Below are positions 23,512 to 36,000 of a stretch of 64,000 nucleotides of DNA, piece after piece. The position numbers and the translations under genes were made by a program. Within the stretch, counting starts at the first letter, position 1. Each line of letters begins with the position of its first letter. The stretch is from Phoronis australis. Lineage: Eukaryota; Animalia; Phoronida. The stretch spans positions 62,001-126,000 of the forward strand of contig NMRA01000771.1 in assembly GCA_002633005.1 (NCBI GenBank), written 5' to 3'. Below the pieces are notes generated by a model that was not told where the DNA came from, made no database searches, and was given only the letters and a program-made list of their open reading frames with translations.

Positions 23512-24988
23512 CACATCGTCTTTGTGTTTTTCTGTTATTGCAATGACATTTTTAGGAATTTTTCAAAGAGTTCGATGGGAGATTTTTGTAGTTTGATGGG
23601 ATGTGCTCACATTTTGAGAACCAGTTGATACCCGTTATTTAGTGGAGAAATTGGTTCTTAAAATGCGGGCACGTTTTACCAGACTATTACGGGTTTTTGT
23701 TTACAAGCCTAGGGTGGGTGTTTGGCTGATGGAATTTTCAGGACCAAAAGTCCTATCCAAGTATTTATATTTAGTAGTGCCGAATATTCATACTGAGCAA
23801 TTGGAATCATGGTTGTGGCAATTTTCTCAAAGTAACTGGAACTGTTTGTTTGGTATGGATTGGGATATACAGGTGGCATTGGTGATTCAAAGGATAAGGT
23901 TTGGATGTTCGGTTCCCACGAATCTGATGAAAGTTTTAGGATTCAGCCATGTCCATTTTTACCCTAAATGATCCCTGGGTGTATTTTCGAAAAATTTCCT
24001 TGTGGGTGTATACTTATCTCTGCTTATCAAAATGATATAAGGACACTTCAGTTACTCACATCTGCTTTTTGTTTGTGAAAAATGCTAGCGCTGGCCTTAA
24101 AAGATGAGTCTTTATGTCAGAGCTTCTTAAAATCGCCATTGAATGCCTCCATTGAAAACTCTTTCTCCCAAGCCTTCCTATTCTTTACCTTGTTAATCTC
24201 ATAAATTTCATGGGAGATAACTACAGTTTAATGACATAGGACGACAGTTTCACAAAATCCCAAACAAAAGACAACTTAAATTTTTTCCATATTTTAAAGA
24301 AATTTTTGTTGATCACTTATCTGCCGAAATGCAGTTGATGTTATGTCGATTGTCAAGGTTTAAATAATTCAGGTTAAAAATGAGTCCAATTATAGTTAGA
24401 AATTTCAGACTTGAGATGAGGTAAGTATTTTAACCCAAACCCTTCATTGGCGCGAAGTGGTGTTTTTTGACATGAAATATCGAATACTCTACTTGCTCCA
24501 ACACATAATGTCATAATTTTAGAATATTACATTAAACAATGTGTGTGTGCATCTTACCCTGAAAGTTTCATAACAATCCATCACCAAGTAACAGTTTTAG
24601 AGCATTTTAGTGATTGCACACAATGTTCAACATATCTTCTAAATTTATTTGGCATTGGGAAATGTCATTCTAAAAAACTTTGCAGTGAGAGAGTTAAAAG
24701 AATGTTTTTGAAGTCATGGGAAGTTAGCATTCCTAATTGTACAGGATTACATTATGTATGGCCCAAAAGGTTTTGTACTTCCTCTTAGTTTCAAACTTCT
24801 TAGTTTTTTGTGGTTTGAATGTCACAATTGTTTATCTTATGATGTCATTGTTGTATGTGTCATTGAATATGAAAAGGATAGAGCATTTTGTGCTTAGTTT
24901 ATCAAATTGGTAAACTTGGTCATGTTGTTGTTATTGGCCATCATGCACATACCGGTAACATATATATGAAGTTCTATGCTTGTAAGAA

Positions 24989-25023
24989 AATAAAGTTCTG
25001 ATAAATGATGAGTATGGAATAAA
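24989..25023 (+). terminator. Candidate polyadenylation signals of ZDHHC21
   Basis: AATAAA at 24989 and 25018, about 1.5 kb after the stop codon. Confidence 0.35.
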
Positions 25024-25099
25024 AAGACTTGCGCATGATACTCTGAATAGGCAACGTTATTAACTTTGTAAAGTATAATTTATGAAATTAACAAGCTTT

Positions 25100-26523
25100 T
25101 TATGCGCCCACATATTTATATGTGGACGCATTATGCCGTCATCTCCGTCCGTCCGTCCGTCCGTCCGGGCGGCGTCCGGCGTCCGCTGCTCTATCTCCAA
25201 AACCCTTTGACATACGTTCATGAAATTTGGCACATATGTTCCATTCATGAATGGGACGGCATGTGCAAACTTTCGGACGGATCCGACTACCGGTGTGCCC
25301 CCTAGTGGCAATTTTAGTTTTTTACGCTTACCTTTGTATCTTCAAAAGTCCTGAACGGATTTTCATGAAATTTGGTATGTAGGCACCTAGTCGTGAGATG
25401 ACGCTTTCCTGCAGTTTTCAGATGGATTCGACATAGTTTGCGCCACCTAGTGGCCATTTTTAGTGTTTTCGAGTCTGTTTTTGTGCGTCCACCCCTCTAT
25501 CAACCAAACCGCTCAAAGAATGATTGTGAAAATTGGCATGTATATGCTTACTATGTAGAAGACGGTTGACAATGATTTTCCGACGATTTCGACTACTGTG
25601 GCGCCTCCTAGTGGCAGTTTTGTTTTTTTTGCGCCTATGGCTGTATCTCCTAAACCNNNNNNNNNNNNNNNNNNNNNNNNNNNNNNNNNNNNNNNNNNNN
25701 NNNNNNNNNNNNNNNNNNNNNNNNNNNNNNNNNNNNNNNNNNNNNNNNNNNNNNNNNNNNNNNNNNNNNNNNNNNNNNNNNNNNNNNNNNNNNNNNNNNN
25801 NNNNNNNNNNNNNNNNNNNNNNNNNNNNNNNNNNNNNNNNNNNNNNNNNNNNNNNNNNNNNNNNNNNNNNNNNNNNNNNNNNNNNNNNNNNNNNNNNNNN
25901 NNNNNNNNNNNNNNNNNNNNNNNNNNNNNNNNNNNNNNNNNNNNNNNNNNNNNNNNNNNNNNNNNNNNNNNNNNNNNNNNNNNNNNNNNNNNNNNNNNNN
26001 NNNNNNNNNNNNNNNNNNNNNNNNNNNNNNNNNNNNNNNNNNNNNNNNNNNNNNNNNNNNNNNNNNNNNNNNNNNNNNNNNNNNNTATGCCTCTAGTGGC
26101 AATTTTAGTATTTGCCTCTAGTGGCAATTTATAGTATTTTACATTGACCTCTGTATTTTCATAGGTCTTCAGGTGTATACTTTGTGTTACTTCGTGACTA
26201 TGAAGGAAAAGTTCCAAGTAGAAATTTGTTTCTGGCATTCTAATGCTATGCTAATCTCGTATGTTGGTAAATTTGTTTTTATTCTATGTTTCTGTGGTGC
26301 TTTAAGCAACTGGTGTATAGGATGTGCTTGTATTATGAAGATTACTCACATTTTGCCCCTAGCCTATTGAGGAGACAATGACCATGCCTTTCCATTTTGC
26401 TAAGTACAACATACTACATATATGCTCTCTACTGGCCACTTTGTGGTACCAATAAACAACCCTAGAAGGATACCGTATGCGGTGCAATTGTGGGCGCATT
26501 TCAACGCTCTGCGTTGCTCTTGT
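25100..26523 (+). mobile_element. HINE copy 3 (spans gap 25657-26085)
   Basis: Intact 5' palindrome, (GTCC)n, core repeats, and 3' TGTGGGCGCAT plus CAACGCTCTGCGTTG hairpin. Confidence 0.8.
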
Positions 26524-29418
26524 AATAAAGTTAAACGCATTTAGAAGAATTACAAATCTTTCTTCTTCATGTGCTAATTTTATAGCATGCCAGGAATGGT
26601 GGTGATGGTTTACGACAACATTCCTGTATTTACTTCTAGTTTCATAAGATGTAGCTGAGGGTGCAGAAATGATTAAGCCCCTAGACCCATGAGTGCTCTG
26701 TCCATACCTCTGAATCCAGCATGAATTGGTAAAACTGACTGAGGTCATCTGCGGTGGCTAGACCCAAAAACACTGTGTGAGACCTCTGTAACCTGCGTCC
26801 AGATTCTGGAAGCAGTACTGGATACACACTATGTCCAGACATGCAGTGTTCTCACTACACTTTCAAACTGTGGGATCCATTCTTGGGGTCCAAGAAAAAA
26901 TTCAGCATTGGTGGTAAAAGGGCAGAATGACACACAGGCCATTTTTGAAACATTAGATGAATGAGGTCACCTTGTAAAGCCAGCTTCAACCCATACTTTC
27001 TGTCTAAAACTAAATTTTGATTTAGGAAATTGGTGTCAAATTGTTCCTTAGTCAAAATAGGCATGACCTCTGGGCTTGGAAAAAAATCATAATTTATTAC
27101 TTCTTCAGAGGATGCTTACTAAGTTGCAGGTCATGCCAGTAAATTGCATAAACTTTGTATGAATGAGTGGTCTGTCTTTACTGAGAAAGGACAAAAATGA
27201 GACCAATAATGGCATGTGACCTTAATGAAAACTTGGGTTTAATGTCTATTTAAGTGAAAAATTCCTAATAATCATCTAAAGAAATGAATATTCTTATTCC
27301 TTTAGAAGTTTTTTATATCTTACAGTGTGTCAAATATAGTGTCCAAGGTGACACACTTATCTAAATTATTGGTGTCTTTTTAGCTTGGTTTTATCAAATT
27401 ATGCAAAAATACAGTCAGCAAACATTTAACATGCTCTTACTGTAGACAAGCTGACATGAGTCTGGCCTCTGGATTGTTTCTGCCCCCTAGAGTTGTTCAG
27501 TTATTGGCTTTGTTGGAAGTGCAACATAATGAATCCCACCGTTATTACGTATGTTGTGTTGTGTGTTATCCTCGAGTTTTTAACCTATTACAAAAAAGCA
27601 ATTTTTATAATGAATGTGAATAAAGTTAATCTGATGACATGTCTGATTCGATTTTGGAAGATAGGTTATTTTAGCTGGTTTACTCATTGACTTGCATTTG
27701 TATATGTACAAGTATGTAGCATGCACATGTTGTATGAAAATTCAGATGAGACAACTCCTTCCGTCTCGGCAACTTATTCACATTTCATCCCTTATTCAAG
27801 TTACCTAGGACCTTAATAAACAACCTGAAAAAATAACCATTAAAAGTACACATTTTATGAAAGGAGCCCCGACCTCAGTAACTATTACCATTTTCTTGTT
27901 GCCAAATTGTGGCTTACCTTACTGTCAAAGGGTTTTTACCCGCAAATAAATTAATGCCTTCTTTTATCTGCGAGCAGTTTTAAAGAGTGTCCAGGAAAAT
28001 GGCTTGAATTTAGATTTTTAAAAATTGAAGTTCTAACAGATGACAAAATTGCGATTTCTACATTTTTCAGTGTCTTCCAACATTGTTGTGAATGCTTATT
28101 CAATTGTTTTGTGGTAGCTATGGGATAAAGCATCGGTTCAGTGCAACATGTCTTTCTTGAGACACATGCCAAAGTAAAATGTTTCATTTGCCATACTGTG
28201 TCTAAATTTGTGAGATTTTACCATAGTTGAGAACAGATTAATGGATTCCTGCCAACAAAAGTACAATTAGTTTAACCATAGTTGGCACTAAAACTCAGTG
28301 CTTGTTTGCTAGAAAACCTGAATGTTGCAAACGTGAATGTTAGTAACGACACAATTTTTAAAGCTGCATTTTGCCCGGTTTTTGGTGGTAAAAATCAAAT
28401 TATATGCCTACTTTACTATCATAAAATAGTAATATTTCTCACACAGTGATAACATTCTATTGCTGTTAGCAGCATGACAGAAAAGTGAAATCGTCAAAAA
28501 TGAAGACTTCTGATATTTTAACTTGAAAATAAGCTGTGCATTACAATCGTGTTGGGTTTTGGTCGAGTTTTGAAAGTGCTCATTGACATTTCTATATTTT
28601 TTTCTTTATTGTACTCACAACCGTTACATTACAGAGATATGCATGTGTTACATGTAATATGCACTAACAAATGTAAATACACAAGCATATTTTATAGCAA
28701 AACATTCACACTGGAATTGTATATGTGAATAATTATCAATTCGTTGTCATACAATAAGTCCTACGTACTATGATCTACCTTTTCTAAATTGTTTATAATT
28801 CAGGTTCTCGTCTTAAATTTCCTTTTCTATGTTACAATATTCAGTAATTTTTTGACCATTGAGAACAAGGGAGTCTGGAATTTAACCTGGCTCTGTATGT
28901 GTGGCATTTTCCTAAGCACAGTAAGATTAATTACACATCTGGCTCCCTCGTGAAAATAAAATCTGCCAGGCTTAAACCAAGAGCACGCCCTGTTTTTGAC
29001 CCTACCCAATTGTTTACTGCCCTCTAAAAATTGTGTACAAACCCACATTTTCCAATACACAACAAAAATTCTGTCATTTTCACAAAATGTACAGGTCAGT
29101 GAGTTAACTATACTTATTTTGCATGGGAAACAGATTGTATTGAGAATTCTGTCTTATTTGAAGCCATCTGAGATTGGTGTCACTAGTGAACAGAGAGTTT
29201 AATCTGTGAACAGATGATATTTATATTGCTTTGAGTAAGTTACGATGTAAACATTTTGTGTAAATATTGAAATCTTTTTTAAAAGCAAATAAACATACTT
29301 TTTAACAAAAAAAATATTTTTGCATTCCATGATTATCAAGATAATACAATAATAACTTAACAATAAGCAACAATTCTTAGTGACAACTCTGTTGCACTAT
29401 GCACAAACACAAATAATC

Positions 29419-30045
29419 TCATGGATCCACTGTTTTGAAAGACATGTCATCAACGATCTCATAGTTATCTTTCTTATAAATCATGACATCCGAGCACCTT
29501 CGCATGTGAACTGTTTCATATAACGTTTGCAAAACTGGGGGAAGTCGACTGAAGTGACCCATGTCTGCAAGCTCGTCATTATATGGCCACTGCCGAAACC
29601 CCATGACGTGAGCGTAACGTTGAGGCATGCCCCCACGTAAACGTTCCGTGAAGTCGTCGTTGATTTCACTATCCATCTCCTCTTTAGTCGGAAGATTAAC
29701 TGTCCCATCCAAAGTGTGTAAAAACAACTGGACTTGATGGTCGAACAAAGGGAATGGGCAAATCCGGTTGCAAATGCCAATGAAGCACATGGATGGAAAA
29801 CTAGTGTTGATCATGTGCTTATATAGTGGCATGACACGTCGATCAATGACTGACACAGCACACTCTGGTGACAAGAATGGAAACTTGTACTCGTAGCCAG
29901 TGCACAGGACAATAGAGTCTACTTCCAATTCTTTATTGTCATAAAGCACTACTGAATTTGATTTCACAGAGGATATGCCAGCTGATTGGACAACATTTTC
30001 TGGCAGAGATGACTCCAGTGGGTATGTGTTGTGGCTCAGGTAAAC
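29419..30045 (-). CDS. FMO: FMO terminal exon 5
   Basis: VYLSHNTYPLESSLPENV...IVLCTGYEYKFPFL...PLYKH...FKTVDP*. Confidence 0.93.
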   Translation of the reverse strand, partial: VYLSHNTYPLESSLPENVVQSAGISSVKSNSVVLYDNKELEVDSIVLCTGYEYKFPFLSPECAVSVIDRRVMPLYKHMINTSFPSMCFIGICNRICPFPLFDHQVQLFLHTLDGTVNLPTKEEMDSEINDDFTERLRGGMPQRYAHVMGFRQWPYNDELADMGHFSRLPPVLQTLYETVHMRRCSDVMIYKKDNYEIVDDMSFKTVDP

Positions 30046-33000
30046 CTGGATAACAAAGAAAATACTAGACTTAAAACTGCTCCCTGAATAACGTAAAAAC
30101 GTATTGATAACTGATTAAAATTTTGAAACAAGACTACATTGTTACCAATTCCTTACAAGAAGATAAACACAATAAAGAAGATGATAAAAAGTGAAAAACA
30201 CTAGTTCATAAAAATGAAGATAAACACATAATAACAAGTAAAGTATAGATTAAGGTAGTTCATGTAAAATATTCGGGAAGAGCTGCTTCTGAAGGAAGAA
30301 GCACCCTGTGGTCGCTTGTGCAAGTGTAAACGTTCAGTTTAGTATTGATGTGTCTTGAGGAAAGTCCTGAAACTGAATTTAGCACCTATTTCATCTGTAA
30401 TTATTCTGGTTTTCAATGTAAATGACAGATATTTCACTTGACCGAAATGAAATGTTGAATAAACACATTAAGCTTCTAAACAATACATGAATTTGTGTCA
30501 GAGTATAATTATTTGATTTTATCAGGAGGTCACAGTTCACACTTGGGGAAAATTTCCATTTTTTCATAGAGTATTTAAACCATACAGTCAGGTGTTTCAT
30601 AATAACAAGTCCTAATTCGGCAGATCAAGATGAAATCGCAAACTTGCAAATTATAAAATCAAGTTACTGGAGGTGAAACTTCACATGAACAAAATAAATG
30701 AAGTCCTTAGTTTTAACATGTGTTATTACAAGTGCAGATATGTTGAATTAAAAACTAAAACAAAGGTATAGATTGCGCTCTAAAACATAAACCAAAACAA
30801 TGGTTTTCAAGATGGAGTTGCATGGGACACCAACAATATTCTGTATGAAAATATTGAGTGAAGATCCCTTGGAACCAAAGAACCGTACTTTGGCGTGGTA
30901 GGTGTAGAGCTGTTTCGTCCATATCTCAGACTTGATTCACCACTGGGTGTGACCTCTGCGGTTGTAGAATAAAACGATTAAAACAGTACCGGGGATTCCC
31001 TAATGAGGAGGGGGAGGGGGTGAATCCCATAACAGTTCTGTATACACTGCAGGTAGATCAAGTCCTGGATTTTTGTTAACTCTAGGTCTGAGGACTTGGA
31101 TTTCAATTGCTTCTCACACCCTCATGACCCTGCACTTTCACTTATCTGGTTTTATACTTAATATACTGAAGTCCTGATCAGAGATCTGGTCAGTAACTGG
31201 CCACCCGTCTCACCAATATAGTTGTCACTACACTCACCACACTTGTATTGGTAGACCACATCACACCTCTCGAAGGGGGTGACACATCGTTAACTGATGG
31301 AAGGATGGACAGAACAGTGTTTAACGGTTTGTGAAAAGACTTGATGTTGTGTTTACAGTAGATAGTCTGAATCCTTACGGAGATGCCTGTGACGTAGGGA
31401 ATACACACAGGGAAGTTGATGATAGGAGGATCGGGTACAGTTCTACCATCAGATCCGAGGAGTGCCCATGGGGTCTCTGATCACACCCTTCATTGCTAAC
31501 ATTTTCAAGGAAGATTTTGAGGTTTGTACTATTGCGACAGCGCCAACTCCCACGAAACTGCTATTGATGAATTCAGCGAACACCTCAACAGTCTAGACCC
31601 ATCAATCCAATTTACCCGGGAACTCGAACAAGATGACACTCTCCCCTTCCTCGACACTTGCATCTGGCTACACGATGATGGTTCCATTTCTATTTAATGC
31701 AAGCCTTCGCACGCTGATCAGTATCTCAGCTTTGCATAGAATCACCATCTGTCTACCAAAAGATCAGTAGTATGGACTATACTCAACAGAAATGAAAAAC
31801 TTGTTTCTGATGACAACAAAAGGGAAGCTGAGGTTCGTAACGTTAAGCAAGCATTCAGTGCCAACAGATATCCTGACTGAATGTTCAATGTACGTAACAA
31901 GGAACGAGTGACCCCCTTGATCCTCCAATCATCAACTTCCCTGTGTGTATTCCTTGTACCAGAGGTGTCTCTGGAGACTATCTATTGTAAACACAACATC
32001 AAGTTGTTTCACAAACTGTTTAACACTATTCAGTCCATCCTCCCATCAGCGAAAGCTGAGTCACCCCCCTCGAGAGGTGTGATTTGATTTATGAATCAGA
32101 ATACAAGTGTGGTGAGTGTACTGACAACTATATCGGTGAGACGGGTCACCAGTTATCGACCAGGGATAAGGATCATCGTATTCCCAAGTTTAGACCTATT
32201 ACTGCTGTCCAAGAGCATGAGAGAGATTTACGTCACCAGATCTCTGATGAGGACTTCAGTATATTAAGTCTACACCAAAGGAAGTGGAAGCTCAGGGTAC
32301 GAGAAACAATTGAGATTTTTGTTATGGGATTCCCCCGACATTAGGGAATACCCGGTACTGTTTTCATCGACAGAGGGTGCACCTGGTGGTGAATCAAGTC
32401 TGTGAGATATGGACGAAATGACTGTACACTTACCACATCAAGATACAGTTCTTTGGTTCCAAAAGGGATCTTCACCCAATATTTTCATCACTAAAATGGA
32501 ACCCAGCAATAAACATAGTTTCAATATTCTGTATTATCTGCTAATGATTGACAACTGTCCCTCACTTTATTGTAATTTGACTGCAACGCAATGATATGTA
32601 ATGCAAACTTCCCTACGGAATATTGACAGGACTGAGAAGAGGTGCGGCAATGGCTATTGAGTTCAAGCACCGCATAGAGTTGTGCTCAAACATTTTTTAA
32701 TATACTGCGTAAAAGATGATAACAATCCAATTACGTTCCATGGAACAAAATTATTCAGTGCAGCTGAAGGATAGCGGGTGTGCCGGGCACATCTGGAAAT
32801 TTCCATTTACATACAGGGCACGCCAAGAATATACTCATTCATTTCCACTAGATCAAACTCTGCGCCGTGCCCAGGCCTTCTGTGTGAACACACCTTGCTA
32901 TGCTATGCAAGGTAAACATTGGCATGGGAAAGGTTCACAACCCAGTTTTTGAGTACGAAAATTTATTGCATGATGCTATTGGCAAGCAAGTGTGCATTGA

Positions 33001-36000
33001 TCGGTTCATACAAAATACCATTATTTGTCTTCCCAAATTCTTGAATAGAATTTATTCCCTTAAACCACAGGGCCCCCGTACATCCAAGGGGAATTTTTGG
33101 GCATGAGGGGAATTTCGCGTGATTTTTTAACATTTTTAGTGGGGAATGGGGTCAATTTTCAGCCCCAAAATTGAGGGCCGTAAACCAGTTCCTAAGTCAA
33201 TAAACATCCTGTTTATTGCCATATGAAGTGTGACTACATTTCTGGGACACCTTGTATTATCACCAATGCAAATACCTTTTATATTGAATTACTTCATCAC
33301 TCTTTTTACAGTCAGTTCTATTATCTATTTTAAAAATCATTCACTGGGTCAGAGAAAAAGCCAGGAGCAATAATTTGTAATCTTGAGACTTGCCTGTAAG
33401 CTTGAAAGTTAGTGCCTTACATTTTAAGCAAGGTAGTTTCTAGCTGTCAGAATAAATATTGATTAAGTAATTAGTAAGAATAGATCTATTTTAAGTTGCC
33501 CAAAATTTGTGCATATGTACTTTTAAATCATGGGGTCAGACTTGTTGACATGTACTTTAATGTCAAAATCTATTTTTAGATGGTGTTTACAACTTTGGGT
33601 TGTGGGGTCAAAGTACTCTAGAGATTCTAGAATATTCTGAGAACAAATTGTAACAGCCAATAATGCGAGTGGATATGATCATGTGATTTTTATTAGCCAA
33701 TCACTAAATAAGTAGAATGTTATATTATGGGCTGAAATCAACAAGATAATTAGATGCGCTATAGTAGTTGAAGCATAAAGACTTGCTACAGTGTACAGAA
33801 GCAATTGTACAACAGAGCCATCTAGTGGAAGATTCTAGAAAGGATCTTGGCAAGGGCAAGGGTTAACAAACAGGAAGTTAACTAAGAGCTTGTCACTTGC
33901 ATCATGGGTAGTAAGATACTACTTAAGTGTTGCGTCATCAGCCAGAGACTGTGACCAGCAAGAAGAATTGCTGGGTAGAAGAAATTGCCTGCAAGTGTTG
34001 CATCACCAGAGACGGTGACCAGCAAGTACACTGTCGCTATACAGTGTGTGTAGTTCGAAGATTCACCAAGAAGACAGACATCCAACAAGTGGAGAGTCCT
34101 ATCTTGGATAGCAGATAAGACATTTGATCGTTTTGGTTGTTTGATTAAAGTAATCTTTAAAAAGGGCGCTAGCGTAGTTACTCTTTGTAGTTGATTACAT
34201 AATTAACAATAGGTTTCATTTGTCCAATTAGGGGTTATCATATAATAAATTGATTACTGAATTTGATTATTCACCCTCCATCTACGCACAATCTCAAAGC
34301 ATAGCTACCTTTTAAGCAAACCCACAGTCAATCTCTGACACTAGCAGAAGCATTCAACAAGCATTGTCATAGTTACCTTGGCGTTGTTTCTGCAGATTGG
34401 CATAAATACAAGTTTTGCTAGGAGAGAAGAACCCTGAAAATGATAATAATCGCCATACCTTAGATGCAACTTTGGATACTTCCAGGGTTATGTCAATGCC
34501 TGAAGGACCAGCTCCCAGCACAACTACCCTCTTCCCGGAGAACTTCTCAGGGTGCCGGTAGCAGTGACTATGCACAACGTCACCACTGAATAAACCAAGG
34601 TTCGGCAGGTCAGGAAAATGTGGCTCAGCAAAATGACTGGAATGTATGGAAAACATTAGTTATGATATCATAATGAATCGTGATCACTAATGAATAAAGT
34701 ATAATGTGTGATGTGGAGCAACATTATGATTAGTAGCAAGTACATACCACATTTCAAACTAGAAGCTCCAACTTGTGTTCAAAGTAAGGTGCAATCGAGA
34801 ATCCAAATGTTATACTTTTCATACAGAAAAACTAATGAAGGTGAGTGCATTGGTACTGTTATGATTTTTGTGTAAATTAAGGCAATACAAGACCATAATA
34901 TGAACGCTCTTTTACTTAACCAAAAGTCGGAATCCAAAACAGTGTCAATCAAGGTGGATATTTAGATGCAACATTGGTTCCGAAATAATTTCAAAACCAT
35001 AACCAGAATAAACTTCACTAATGCTTACGACACTTTATACCCACCCATTACAGATCATGATCGCATCAAACTCTTGACATCTCGAAGGTATTCCAGGCTC
35101 CTTCACCAATTTTGTTGTCACGTCCCACAGTGTTGATCCACCAGGCAAAACTCTGGGCTTTACCTGCTCCACTTGAGTAAAGAACTGAAAGAAGGCAAAC
35201 ACTCAGGGGTAAGAACTAAAAACAGACAAAAATTTATCTCTCATCCGATTTAACATTTTTAAGTGTTTTAAAGCAGCACTTTCAGCTAAGACATGAAAAA
35301 GAAACACCCTACTTAAGCTTCAAACTGGACTTCATTGCCACAACTCTGGTTCATTTAGAACTTAACATTGAGACAGAATTGAAGTCATCAAATTTTGGAG
35401 ACGTTGGTCAATCAAGTGCTCACTTGTAAACTCTCTCAACATTCTTTATCAGAACCAAAATTAGGTCCTAATATATTACGACAAAAGAAGAGATCAAATT
35501 GGAAGGCGTATTTTCATATTCCAAGGGACACACCTGAATGTACTTCATAAGTGAGTAATGTGAAGTGTAGTCTTCCAAGTACTTCAATACATCTTTATGA
35601 CCAACAAATGATGGCAGGCTCTTGTCAAATGGAAAGTCTGGGAAGGCCATCACTTCCTTGGGAAGATTTGTTCTACAATTTGCAAAATAATGAAAGAACA
35701 CAACAGTAACAACATCAGGAAAGCTTCATGTAGTAACTGTTGTTAACAGACACCAACTGCCCTTGAAACCAGAAAGGTCAACAACTGCAGGATGGATGAT
35801 CAATTTCCACATTGCTAAGGTAGAAAAATGCCTTAAAAGGTTGACCTACTTTTTGAAATGCAGGGATGTTAAAACATTTCTGAGACAAATCAGACAAGTG
35901 CTAAACATTTCATAGAGCCTCAATCAACTTTTTAATTTTATGCCTGCATTGCAACACACAGTAAAACTTCTGTAAAATGTCATTCTCATTCAAATATCAA

